A stretch of 30,265 bases of DNA from Pseudothermotoga sp. (GTDB lineage: Bacteria; Thermotogota; Thermotogae; Thermotogales; DSM-5069): contig JBEPZZ010000019.1 in NCBI GenBank assembly GCA_041640575.1, positions 1 through 30,265 of the forward strand, in the 5' to 3' direction. Under the pieces are notes generated by a model. That model ran no database searches and was not told where the DNA came from. It saw only the letters and a program-made list of their open reading frames with translations. Positions within the stretch are counted from its first letter, which is position 1; each line of letters opens with the position of its first letter. This document shows, piece after piece, positions 1 through 9,278 of this stretch. Both the position numbers and the translations under genes were made by a program.

Positions 1-756
1 AACCACAAGTTTTTGATCTTCTTCCGAAAGTTTGTCAAAACTGGGTTTGTACATTGTTACCCATCCAACTCCGCAAAGATGATTGGTTATGGTTAAATAT
101 GATTGAACTTCATAAAGCTTGAATGATTCAATTTGCGTCAAATCTCCTTCGGAAGCTTCTGCCCTTCCTTCTTTCAAAGCGCTGTAGAGTTCGGGTAATG
201 GAACAGTTACTGGTGATGTCCCAATGGCTTCCCAGATTTTAACCCACGTTGGTACGACGGGTAATCTCAGTTTAATGCCCTGAAGATCCTGTAGGGATGT
301 TATAGGCTTGTTTGATGTAAATTGCCTATACCCGCGGTAGACAGTTCCAAGACTGATCATATTACCTTTTTCAGTGATCAGTGTTTTTGCTTTTTCTCCT
401 ATTGGTCCATTCCAAACTCTGAGGAAATGTTCATAGTCTTTTATGACAAATGGTGCGTTAACAAAGAAATATTGCGGTGCAAAAACCTCAACTGGTCTAC
501 CACCTGTGAATTGCAAATCTGCTGCACCAGAGGAACAAAGGTTGTTCGCTTCTTCCTCTGAAACTTGACCAGCAGAAATCTCCACAGTAATTCTCTTACT
601 GGTCTTTGCTTCGACTAATTCTTTAAATTTTTCAGCAGCCTCAACCAAAATATGACCTCTTTGGAATGGGGACACAGCTTTGAGCACGACTTGTTGAGCA
701 ATTGCTGAAAATGCTAATAACTCAAATATAACCAAAATTGCGGCTAGTTTTCTCAC
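1..756 (-). CDS. dctP: TRAP transporter substrate-binding protein DctP (3' end runs off the window)
   Basis: Not in the ORF track; translated by hand. GTG at 756 after a GGAGG RBS gives MRKLAAILVIFELLAFSAIAQ (signal peptide), then APFVIKDYEH, GYRQFTSNKPITSLQDLQGIKLR and PVTVPLPELYSALKEG, typical DctP motifs. Confidence 0.9.
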   Translation of the reverse strand, partial: MRKLAAILVIFELLAFSAIAQQVVLKAVSPFQRGHILVEAAEKFKELVEAKTSKRITVEISAGQVSEEEANNLCSSGAADLQFTGGRPVEVFAPQYFFVNAPFVIKDYEHFLRVWNGPIGEKAKTLITEKGNMISLGTVYRGYRQFTSNKPITSLQDLQGIKLRLPVVPTWVKIWEAIGTSPVTVPLPELYSALKEGRAEASEGDLTQIESFKLYEVQSYLTITNHLCGVGWVTMYKPSFDKLSEEDQKLVV

Positions 757-776
757 AAGCACCCCTCCCTATCTAA

Positions 777-793
777 GGGAAGTTCACCTTCCC
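777..793 (-). other. Small intergenic stem-loop between oxidoreductase and dctP
   Basis: GGGAAG-TTCAC-CTTCCC inverted repeat, no U-tract. Confidence 0.35.
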
Positions 794-809
794 CACGGTT
801 TTATCCCCG

Positions 810-1991
810 TCATAAGAGTCTTATTTTCTTTCCCTCTTCTGCGGATAGATAGGCTGCGTACATTATTTTGCAAGATTCCTTTGCAAGTTCAAATCCACTT
901 AACGGGTCTTTGTCATGCAAGATAGCTAAAGCAAAATCTTTCATTTCTTGTGGATAGCCTCTTGTCCAAAATTCATCGGCAGATGGGAAACTATAACCTG
1001 CCTTCGTTTCAAGCTTCTCAGATATGTATTCGTTGCCCCACACCAGCTCGTTTGGACCATAGGCAACTATCGAATTATTGGGAGTAATGTTTGCAATTAT
1101 CATACCAGTTGAGCCATATATTTCCACTTTGTTTTTAACCCCGCCAAGGCTCACATCTGTGGAAAAGACTGTCGCTTTGGAACCATCCTCAAATTCGATG
1201 ATTATCAGTGACCAATCTTCTACGTCTTGCCAATCTTTCACAACGTAACAAGGTTTTTCTTTTACTAATTCTGACTTTGTCATAGAAGCAACTTCACCGT
1301 AGACAGCGACAGGTCTAATTGGTTTACCATTTCTCGCGATACCCTCAAAAGTTTTCAGGTCAATTACTGCCGCAACTGGATGTGAGCCAAGGCGCATCAA
1401 ACTACCCCCACCCGAGGTTCTCCATCTGCGAGAATATGCGGCTTGTGAGCCCGAATGACTGCATTCGGCTCTGATATCAAACACAACCATATCTGAGGCT
1501 TGAATCATTCTTTTCATCTTCATTATGGCAGGTGCGTATACCCAGTTTTCTGCATACATGAACTTGGCTTTCGATTTTTTCAATAGCTTCTCTATGGATT
1601 CGATTTTCTCAAGAACCATTTTGTACATATGGGCCTTTGAAATTTGTGTTCCCACAAATTCCACTTCTGGTTTATCTTCGCCGAAATATCCTGTCAAAGG
1701 TTTTTCGCAAATGACGTGTTTTCCATTTTCACAAGCACACTTGATCACTTCATCATGCAGATTGGTTGGAGTACAAACGTCCACAACATCTATCTCGCTA
1801 CTATTGCAAAGTTCTTCAAAGTTGTCAAAGACCAATGGAATACCATATTGTTTTGCAAAGCGTTCTGCGTTTTCTCTTCTAGAAGCGCAGACCCCGCAAA
1901 CTTCTATAAGCGTGTCGTTCTCTTCGAATGCAGCCATGTGGATTTTTGCTATAAAACCTGCACCAACCAATCCTACTCTTACTTTCTTCAT
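810..1991 (-). CDS. Gfo/Idh/MocA family NAD(P)-dependent oxidoreductase
   Basis: N-terminal VGLVGAGFIA Rossmann motif, CTPTNLH, HVICEKP, GGGSLMRLGSH. Confidence 0.9.
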   Translation of the reverse strand: MKKVRVGLVGAGFIAKIHMAAFEENDTLIEVCGVCASRRENAERFAKQYGIPLVFDNFEELCNSSEIDVVDVCTPTNLHDEVIKCACENGKHVICEKPLTGYFGEDKPEVEFVGTQISKAHMYKMVLEKIESIEKLLKKSKAKFMYAENWVYAPAIMKMKRMIQASDMVVFDIRAECSHSGSQAAYSRRWRTSGGGSLMRLGSHPVAAVIDLKTFEGIARNGKPIRPVAVYGEVASMTKSELVKEKPCYVVKDWQDVEDWSLIIIEFEDGSKATVFSTDVSLGGVKNKVEIYGSTGMIIANITPNNSIVAYGPNELVWGNEYISEKLETKAGYSFPSADEFWTRGYPQEMKDFALAILHDKDPLSGFELAKESCKIMYAAYLSAEEGKKIRLL

Positions 1992-2001
1992 CTAAATCAC
2001 C

Positions 2002-3102
2002 TCACAGAACCAGTAGGAAAGGTTTTACGAATTCCATTCCATTCATTTCGATTTTGATTGTTGGAAAAACAAACGGTTTAGTTATCATGATTGGTCCATC
2101 GTGCGTGGCAATGAAGCCGTCTTCAGACTTTGTTCCACTTATCGTTGGATTCCAACAGAAAGCTTGGTTATTCCTTATTATTTCTTCTGTTTGAGGGGTA
2201 ACTCTAACGTCTCGAGCAAAATAACCCATTGCTCCACCTTGATGATGAAGTTTCCACTCGTTGTGATATCCTCTTTTTTCATATTCTTCTATCGCAGCAA
2301 GAACTGGTTCATTCATCCTTCTACCAGGTTTTGTTTTTTCAATCATTATGCATTCAATTTCAACGTTGTTTTTATATTGGTTTATAAGCTGTTCGGTAGG
2401 CTTTCCAAAATGAACCATCCTCGTAACAGTAGTTATCAAACCTTTATAGCGTGCGTTTACAGAAACCATTACGAGCCGCTCTATTTTCTTTGTAGTTGGA
2501 ATTGGATGTCTATATAACTTTGCTCTTTCGTCTGCAGCGACCATGAATCCAGTAGGATCTATTCTGTATTTCCAGAGCTCTTCGCTTATCCTTCCAGCTA
2601 TCTCACACTCTCTGTCACCTGGTCTCGTGAAGAGTAGGACGCTTTCTAACGCTCTTGAGACTTTTTCTCCAAGGTACATGTAGCGTTCTACCTCGGGTTC
2701 TGTGAGTTCGTATCTAAGCTTGTTAACCTCATTTTCGATGTATTTCAAACCCTGAATGTTGACATCGCACCCAACTTCACCATCTTTGATAATATCTCGT
2801 ACAATTTGCAATTCTTTGTTTTCATACCATTCGAATTCAATCACCTTAAAACCCAGCTCACTTACTTCTTCATCTAACATTCGTGGGGATTCTATCCTGT
2901 TGGCAATCACGTAGCATTCATCGGGCGTTACTAGAACCGAGCTCACACCAATTTCCGTTGCTATTCCCACCATGTTCAAACCGCCGGCGGTTATCCATGA
3001 GAAATTGGCTTGCTTTTTGAGCAGAATAGCTGATAGTTTCTCGTTTTCCATAAGTTTTCTAACTCTTTTGAGCTTTTCAGCAGTTTCTTGCATTCGATTC
3101 AT
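2002..3102 (-). CDS. M24 / creatinase-fold hydrolase (aminopeptidase P-like, metal ligands largely lost)
   Basis: Creatinase_N-like N-terminus (NFSWITAG) and pita-bread-fold motifs RPGDRECEIA, RHP, TR, HHQGG, WNPT, KSED. Confidence 0.8.
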   Translation of the reverse strand: MNRMQETAEKLKRVRKLMENEKLSAILLKKQANFSWITAGGLNMVGIATEIGVSSVLVTPDECYVIANRIESPRMLDEEVSELGFKVIEFEWYENKELQIVRDIIKDGEVGCDVNIQGLKYIENEVNKLRYELTEPEVERYMYLGEKVSRALESVLLFTRPGDRECEIAGRISEELWKYRIDPTGFMVAADERAKLYRHPIPTTKKIERLVMVSVNARYKGLITTVTRMVHFGKPTEQLINQYKNNVEIECIMIEKTKPGRRMNEPVLAAIEEYEKRGYHNEWKLHHQGGAMGYFARDVRVTPQTEEIIRNNQAFCWNPTISGTKSEDGFIATHDGPIMITKPFVFPTIKIEMNGMEFVKPFLLVL

Positions 3103-3104
3103 CT

Positions 3105-4595
3105 TTATGCCTCCTTCTTCTTATAAGAAGTAATTATCGAGCCAACGATTGGAAGAATAGCTGAAACAATTGCTAAAATGAGCAGTGTTAATGATATTGG
3201 CCGTTTGAAAAGCACCGTCCAGTCATTTCTGGCTGTTAAAAGTGCTCTATTTAAATTCTGTTCAGCCATAGGTCCAAGAATCATTCCAAGTACAAGTGGT
3301 GGCAAAGGAAATCCATATTTCTTCATGAAGTAACCAATAATTCCAAAGGCAATAGCTACTCCAACATCAAAGAAATTGTTTCGCAAGGAATAAGATCCAA
3401 CAATTGCAAGTACAAGAACTATTGGCATGAGATATTCATCTGGGATCTTCAGAATATTAGGGGCAAAAATTATTGCAAGTAATCCACAGACTAGCATAAT
3501 AAATTGAATTACAAACCAACCAGCGAAGAATGAGTATATAACATCTGGATGATGGGAAAACAATAATGGACCAGGTTTAACACCTATCAATATCAATGCA
3601 CCAAGCATCACAGCAGTCACGGCATCTCCAGGTATTCCAAGTGAAAGTGTTGGGACCATTGCCCCACCAGTTACGGCATTGTTTGCGGTTTCGCAAACAG
3701 CAACGCCTTCTAGTGCACCTTTTCCAAATTTGTCTTTGTTTTTTGACCAACGTCTAAGTTCGTTATAAGCAAGAAAAGTTGCAATAGTTCCACCTGTTCC
3801 GGGTATGACACCAATTATTGTTCCCACGACCGAACCAAAAAGGACAGGAATAAGTAAGGAACGAAACTCATTTCCAGTCAACCAAAAACCTGTAGTTTTA
3901 GTTGTTAACTCCGTTTTTTGTCCTCTATCCAGTCTTTCCATCACCTCGGAAATTGCAAAGACACCTATCAGAACTGGTAGGAACTCTACACCATTTGCCA
4001 GTTCGTCAATTCCCAATGTCAACCTTATAGTACCTCTGATATTGTCAATCCCGATCATTGCAAGTAGGAGCCCAAAGAGGCCTGAGATAGCACCTTTGAG
4101 TAAGCTTTTCCCAGAAACACTTGCTATTATCGTTAGGCCGAAAATTGCTAGTGAGAAATACTCAGCTGGCCCGAATTTCAAGGCAATCTTCGCCAAAAAA
4201 GGGGCCAGAAAAATCATGCAAATTCCACTTGTAAGACCTCCAATGACAGATCCTATCAAAGCGGCACTCAGTGCTTTACCAGCCTTGCCTTGTTGTGCCA
4301 AAGGATAACCATCGATAGCCGTTGCTGCAGCCGAAGGTGTTCCTGGAGTTCTGATTAAGATCGCAGAAATTGACCCTCCAAACATTGATGCACAGTACAT
4401 TCCAACGAGCATCAATAAAGCACTTTTCGGGTCAAGATAGTAGGTGAACGGCAAGAGCAGTATTATCCCCATTGAAGAAGTAACTCCCGGAAGTGCCCCC
4501 ACGACTATACCCCCCAGCACTCCCAGGAGCATTAACAGTAAGTTGGAAGGCAAAAGAGCAGTTTTTAAGCCTTCTATCCAGTAGTTTATCATCAT
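3105..4595 (-). CDS. tctA: Tripartite tricarboxylate transporter large permease TctA
   Basis: Highly hydrophobic 496 aa with GALPG, GGSISAIL-RTPGTP, DGYPLAQQG, PTLSLGIPGD. Confidence 0.95.
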   Translation of the reverse strand: MMINYWIEGLKTALLPSNLLLMLLGVLGGIVVGALPGVTSSMGIILLLPFTYYLDPKSALLMLVGMYCASMFGGSISAILIRTPGTPSAAATAIDGYPLAQQGKAGKALSAALIGSVIGGLTSGICMIFLAPFLAKIALKFGPAEYFSLAIFGLTIIASVSGKSLLKGAISGLFGLLLAMIGIDNIRGTIRLTLGIDELANGVEFLPVLIGVFAISEVMERLDRGQKTELTTKTTGFWLTGNEFRSLLIPVLFGSVVGTIIGVIPGTGGTIATFLAYNELRRWSKNKDKFGKGALEGVAVCETANNAVTGGAMVPTLSLGIPGDAVTAVMLGALILIGVKPGPLLFSHHPDVIYSFFAGWFVIQFIMLVCGLLAIIFAPNILKIPDEYLMPIVLVLAIVGSYSLRNNFFDVGVAIAFGIIGYFMKKYGFPLPPLVLGMILGPMAEQNLNRALLTARNDWTVLFKRPISLTLLILAIVSAILPIVGSIITSYKKKEA

Positions 4596-4611
4596 TTCTC
4601 CTCCTTATTGG

Positions 4612-5058
4612 TCACAAAGAAAAAGATGGTAGCGGAACTTTGAAAACGTGGGCGAATATGTAATAAATGACAACAGTACTCGTCATACTGATTAAAATGT
4701 TCCATATGATTTTTCTTCCACCAAATATATAAACTGATGCGAAAATTAAAAATGGTGTCAGAACAAGGAAACCCAATTCATCAAGAAAAAGAATGTAAGC
4801 AAAAAATACTATACTCAAAGCAACTATTTTTTTCATTATTGACATTTTAAGAACTGGTTGACTTTTGGCTTTTGAAAATAAGCCTTTAATCGCAAGGCTA
4901 GTACCACAGATCATCAAACAAATTGTGATCAACCTAGGGAAGTCAGCAGGGCTTAATCCCATTTTTGCTGGTTTGATTTTGAGAGTATCCAAGTAAAAGA
5001 TCAACCCAAGTAAAAAGACGATCAGACCTGATATGAAGTCACTGCTTCTAAGTCTCAT
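4612..5058 (-). CDS. tctB: Tripartite tricarboxylate transporter small permease TctB
   Basis: About four TM segments, PADFP, C-terminal FKVPLP, located between tctC and tctA. Confidence 0.9.
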   Translation of the reverse strand: MRLRSSDFISGLIVFLLGLIFYLDTLKIKPAKMGLSPADFPRLITICLMICGTSLAIKGLFSKAKSQPVLKMSIMKKIVALSIVFFAYILFLDELGFLVLTPFLIFASVYIFGGRKIIWNILISMTSTVVIYYIFAHVFKVPLPSFSL

Positions 5059-5091
5059 TCGAAAGGCCCCCCATATTTTTATAGCAGAACT

Positions 5092-5114
5092 ATCCCCGCC
5101 GTAACAGCGGGGAT
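5092..5114 (-). other. Stem-loop after tctC (mRNA stabiliser or partial terminator)
   Basis: ATCCCCGC-N7-GCGGGGAT, 8-bp stem just after the binding-protein stop codon, no strong U-tract. Confidence 0.6.
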
Positions 5115-5124
5115 GATCGGTTAT

Positions 5125-6087
5125 TTATTTTCCATATTTGTTACCAAGTTTCTTTTCTTTCATCAGTTTTTGCCAATAATCATTTTGTTGCCTTACAAAC
5201 TGAGTAAAGAGTGTTGAATCCATATAAGCAATTATATTTCCCATTTCCTTGGCTTTTGCTTGAAATTCAGGATCATTTATACATGCATAGAAAATTGCTT
5301 GCAGCGTTCGAACAATCTCAGCTGGTGTTCCCTTTGGAGCCGCGACTCCTCTCCACATTCCAAGCTTGAAGTTGTAGCCAAGTTCAACAGTGGTTGGTGC
5401 ATCTGGAAACACAGAAAGTCTTTTCTCACCCAGTACCGCCAGCACCCTAAGTTGACCAGCTTGAACGTTGGTAACACCTTCAGGCGCTGCCGCCATTACT
5501 GCATCAACATGTCCACCCACCAGAGCTGTAACAGCTGGCCCGCCGCCTTCAAATGGTACGTGTACAAATTTGACACCAACAAAATCCTCAAATGCAACTG
5601 CTACAAGATGGTTTCCTCCACCAGCTCCACCGTTTCCCATGGTTATCGTTTCAGGATTAGCTCTTGCTGCGTTAAGTAAATCTTCCAAGGTTTTGTACGG
5701 AGAATTAGCATTCACCAAGATGTAGCTAGGATCGTGCACAATGTTAACAACTGGTACAAAATCATCGATAGTGAATTTCACTTCATCCCAGTGCATCTTG
5801 GCAAGTATCGGAAAAGCAAATGATAGAAGCGTGTAGCCATCTGGTTTTGCTTTCAAAAATTCCATTGTTCCTGTAACGGCACCAGCGCCCGGGATATTTT
5901 TGACAATGAGTGGTTGACCGTTGGCATACTTTGGGAAAACGGCACCAATAGCTCTGAAGATCAAATCTGTTGCTCCACCAGCGGACCACGGCACGATAAT
6001 CTCAACTGGTTTTGTGGGAAATTGTGCAAAGATTGTTGCAAAAGCTAGAAATGCCAGAAAAGCTGATAAAAACACCTTTTGCTTCAT
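5125..6087 (-). CDS. tctC: Tripartite tricarboxylate transporter substrate-binding protein TctC/Bug
   Basis: ATG at 6087 after GGAGGTG; signal peptide; FPTKPVEIIVPWSAGGATD, KPDGYTL, HVPFEGGGPA, WRGVAAPKGTP. Confidence 0.95.
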   Translation of the reverse strand: MKQKVFLSAFLAFLAFATIFAQFPTKPVEIIVPWSAGGATDLIFRAIGAVFPKYANGQPLIVKNIPGAGAVTGTMEFLKAKPDGYTLLSFAFPILAKMHWDEVKFTIDDFVPVVNIVHDPSYILVNANSPYKTLEDLLNAARANPETITMGNGGAGGGNHLVAVAFEDFVGVKFVHVPFEGGGPAVTALVGGHVDAVMAAAPEGVTNVQAGQLRVLAVLGEKRLSVFPDAPTTVELGYNFKLGMWRGVAAPKGTPAEIVRTLQAIFYACINDPEFQAKAKEMGNIIAYMDSTLFTQFVRQQNDYWQKLMKEKKLGNKYGK

Positions 6088-6100
6088 AATAACACCTCCC

Positions 6101-6240
6101 CGCAAATTAGTTCGTGAAAAATAGTTTTTCGCAAAACACTATCGTGACTAATGTTTACAAAAAAATTTTATCGCAAAATTAAATTAATGTTTCTTTACGT
6201 TTGTTACGCAAAGGTTTCTTTACAATAACTGTATAATTAA
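6101..6240. promoter_or_regulatory. Probable promoter/operator region of the tct operon
   Basis: Near-palindrome GTGAAAAATAGTTTTTCGC (6114-6132), four CGCAAA copies and a GTTTCTTTAC direct repeat. Confidence 0.4.
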
Positions 6241-6445
6241 AATGTAAACTTAGTGGCACATACGAGGATGCTAATGTGCCTTTTAAATTCTTCGAATAGA
6301 AAGTTGATAACATATCGCTTGCTATAGGCAAAGAACTATGTTCAACAGTATTAGAAAGGTAGACTGATACAATAAACAATGGAAATGTATACTGTCTATA
6401 TTGTCTTTAAGTTTGGAAATGAAGCTATCAACTTACCTCACACGT

Positions 6446-6750
6446 ATGAAATAAAAACTAAAGCTGATTTTGCTCACTCTTCTAAGCATAGCATTTGCTC
6501 AGTATAGAACAAGGTTTGGAATTCGAAGCTGTCAAAAATTTTCAGCACTTTTGAGCTGGGTGAAGGTAAGAAAAATATGTTAGTGAAATATTCAGATGTG
6601 GGAAATTTGGACATGTAGATTCAAAAAGTATATTACGTTTTGTTAGGATGAAGCTATAGTAATTTGTTAAGCTCGTATGGACAACGCGAGGAAACAAAGA
6701 AAAATAATGCTCCTGAAATTAACAAAATAGCGTGTTGTTGGAGATTATAG
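6446..6750 (+). pseudogene. Decayed gene for an exported protein
   Basis: ATG AAA TAA AAA CTA... reads MK*KLKLILLTLLSIAFA-QYRTRFG, a signal peptide with a stop at codon 3; downstream frames are broken. The end coordinate is approximate. Confidence 0.45.
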
Positions 6751-7221
6751 GAGCTATCAAAGAGAAACGGAATACTGCGATTTTAATGTTGAAAAAATTT
6801 TTTTCCCTGAGTTCAGGAGGCAGCACACGCGATATCTAAGCTACTAGCTAAGAGAGACAGACAAACACATATGTTACAAAGGCTTCTTTTTAACGTAGAG
6901 AATTGCAAGAGAAGAACAAAATTACTGGTAGGTAAAGGTCAGAAAATCACTGTGTGGAGAGCAATGAATATCTCAGCTACTTTCCTAGCGATAAACAAGA
7001 AAATTATTCCTTTGCAATTTATGTTGACATATCTTAGTCCAGACAAAGACAATAATAAATACGTTCCCAACTCTCTAAAGGGAACGACATTATGAGAGTG
7101 TTATTTTCTTGCTTTTGAATCACATCTCTAAGCGTTATCAAAAGCATTAGCACAAGGGTAACAGGAATTTGACATGCAAAAGAATTTGAATTTTCCCCCT
7201 ATCCCACCCAACATTTCTTTT

Positions 7222-7386
7222 TCACTCTTCTACTGGTTCAAAGTCCTCCTTTGAAGCACCGCATACCGGGCAAGTCCAATCATCTGGAAGGTCCTCAAAT
7301 GGTGTACCTGGTTGTATATCGCTATCTGGATCACCTTGTGCTGGGTCATAAACATAGCCACAAATGATACATCTGTACTTTTGCAT
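7222..7386 (-). CDS. Rubredoxin
   Basis: [15 protein letters not shown]...[23 protein letters not shown] at 7386 after GGAGG. Confidence 0.97.
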   Translation of the reverse strand: MQKYRCIICGYVYDPAQGDPDSDIQPGTPFEDLPDDWTCPVCGASKEDFEPVEE

Positions 7387-7400
7387 TTTCTTCCCTCCAA

Positions 7401-7904
7401 TCAAAATTCAACGAATTTGTCTTTAGAAACTCCACAAACCGGGCATTTGTCAGGCGCATCGCCCTCAACAGTGTGTCCGCATACACTGCATATCATTATC
7501 TTCGTAGCTTTGTAATCCTTACCATTTTGTGCAAGTTCCTTGGCTTCTTTGTACATTTTCTCATGGATTTTCTCTGCTTCAAGTGCATAATAAGTACTTT
7601 TGACAGCTTCATTTTCTTTTTGAAGCTTTGCTACTTCATTGTAAGCTGGGTACATCTCGTTCACTTCAAAGTGCTCGCCATCAATGCACTGTTGAATGTT
7701 TTCTGGCATTTCCATGATCTTTCTCAACGCCTGATAATGGTTTCTGGCGTGCACAAATTCGGCATAAGAAATGGCTTTAAAAAGCCGCGCAAGATTTTTC
7801 ATACCCTTCTTTTCCGCTTCTTCTGCAAAGATAGTGTACTTCATGTGAGCCATGCTTTCACCTGCAAAAGCTTCCTCTAGGAACTTTTTTGTCATTTCTC
7901 TCAT
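7401..7904 (-). CDS. rbr: Rubrerythrin
   Basis: AFAGES, EFVH, GEHFE, EKIH diiron ligands plus C-terminal CSVCG...CPVCG. Confidence 0.95.
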   Translation of the reverse strand: MREMTKKFLEEAFAGESMAHMKYTIFAEEAEKKGMKNLARLFKAISYAEFVHARNHYQALRKIMEMPENIQQCIDGEHFEVNEMYPAYNEVAKLQKENEAVKSTYYALEAEKIHEKMYKEAKELAQNGKDYKATKIMICSVCGHTVEGDAPDKCPVCGVSKDKFVEF

Positions 7905-7941
7905 TGGTTCACCCCCTCGTTGCTAAATGAATTCAAAATAA

Positions 7942-7950
7942 ATTATATCA
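7942..7950 (-). promoter_or_regulatory. Extended -10 promoter for rbr-rubredoxin
   Basis: TGATATAAT on the minus strand, about 40 nt upstream of the rbr start. Confidence 0.55.
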
Positions 7951-8062
7951 GATTCTTAACGGAATGTATGTTTTTCTTTTTTGCATTTGTCATGTTCATA
8001 TTTTTTGTTTTTTCATGAGTTATACTTTTTTTGGAAGCTCAACGACTTCAAGAGGTGGTCAC

Positions 8063-9247
8063 GTGAATCTTGAGAAACTTAACTCGGATCAATACAAGCC
8101 AAGTTATCAAAATTACTCGCTGGTAAATGTTTCAAACAGAGTGCTGAAACATTTTGGCTGTGAAGTTTTGCATCCTCCTTATCCTTTTGAAAACTTTTTA
8201 CCTGGTTTGTTTGATGGCATAAACAAAATTTTCGTATTTCTGATAGACGCACTAGGATATCACAGCCTTGAAAAAATATTAGCAAAAGAAAACATTTTGA
8301 GCAACACCAAAATTTTGAAGGCAACTTCTGTCTTTCCAACAACCACGACTAGTGCTATTTCCTCGCTATTAACTGGTTCTACACCTATTGAACATGGTAT
8401 GCTTGGCTACATCCTTTACTTAAAGGAAATCGGTGGCTTAGTAAACATGATAGAGTTGTCTTCACCGACCTTGGGGAAGATTCCTTCGAGTGTTGCACCA
8501 AGATCTATTCTCTTTAGCGAAACAATTTTCGAAAAACTTAGCAGAATTGGTGTAAGATCCTTTGTTTTAACTTCTAAAACGATCAGAGGATCGGGATTTT
8601 CTAATCTCACACATTCTGGGGCCTCTATCAAAAGTTACCAAAGTTTGGGTGATTTGATCGAAGAATTTTCCGAAATTTTGGATTATGATGGGAATGTTTT
8701 TGCATTCATTTATTGGGGACTTTTGGATTCAATTGGTCATAAAAAGGGAGTTGATTCAAAGGCTTTCGAAACAGAGCTTTACTGGCTTTTGAAAATGTGC
8801 GATCGTGACATTTTGCCGATAATCAAAAATGACACACTGTTGCTGATCATGGGAGATCATGGTCAAATAGCTACGCCGTGGCAAAATGAGGTTTGGTGGT
8901 CATGGAAAGATCCAATTGCCAAGCATTTTTTGATGGCACCGGGCGGAGAAATGCGAATGATGCATATATATACAAAAGACGTTGATGAAGTGCTACAATA
9001 TTTGCAAAGTGAGCACAAAGATAAAGCAACAGCCTATACTAGGCAAGAAGCACTTTCACTTGAACTTTTTGGAGATGGTGAAGTAAAGGCTGAAGCTTTA
9101 GATCGGATAGGAGATATTGTCTTGATAGCAAAAGAGAATTATTCATTTTATTTCAGGCTCACAGGAAGGGAAGAAAGTTTGAGATCTAAACATGGTGCTT
9201 TAAGTTTGGAAGAACTTTTGATTCCTATTATAGTTTTCAGGAGGTGA
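8063..9247 (+). CDS. Alkaline-phosphatase superfamily nucleotide pyrophosphatase/phosphodiesterase
   Basis: IDALG, SVFPTTT (Thr nucleophile), DSIGH, GDHG, KHG; GTG at 8063 after GAGGTG preferred to the ORF-track ATG at 7964. Confidence 0.88.
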   Translation: MNLEKLNSDQYKPSYQNYSLVNVSNRVLKHFGCEVLHPPYPFENFLPGLFDGINKIFVFLIDALGYHSLEKILAKENILSNTKILKATSVFPTTTTSAISSLLTGSTPIEHGMLGYILYLKEIGGLVNMIELSSPTLGKIPSSVAPRSILFSETIFEKLSRIGVRSFVLTSKTIRGSGFSNLTHSGASIKSYQSLGDLIEEFSEILDYDGNVFAFIYWGLLDSIGHKKGVDSKAFETELYWLLKMCDRDILPIIKNDTLLLIMGDHGQIATPWQNEVWWSWKDPIAKHFLMAPGGEMRMMHIYTKDVDEVLQYLQSEHKDKATAYTRQEALSLELFGDGEVKAEALDRIGDIVLIAKENYSFYFRLTGREESLRSKHGALSLEELLIPIIVFRR

Positions 9248-9278
9248 TTAGTTCTTACTAAGAAGCCCAACGTACGGT

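Noticed and set aside
322..5989. ORFs antisense to or nested within the transporter operon (e.g. 322-561, 1525-1995, 3805-4308, 5260-5679)
   Set aside because: Shadow frames of well-supported genes, with no motifs
6400..7000. CRISPR array
   Set aside because: Repeats are short, degenerate and irregularly spaced, and there are no cas genes in the window
7062..7086. Hairpin CGTTCCC-N11-GGGAACG as the rubredoxin terminator
   Set aside because: About 135 nt from the stop codon, large loop and only a weak U-tract
6871..7095. 74-aa ORF in the intergenic gap
   Set aside because: No clear RBS or recognisable motif; at most part of the decayed region
7964..8062. N-terminal extension of the phosphodiesterase (MYVFLFCICH...)
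   Set aside because: Translation of a T-rich promoter region; the RBS supports GTG at 8063
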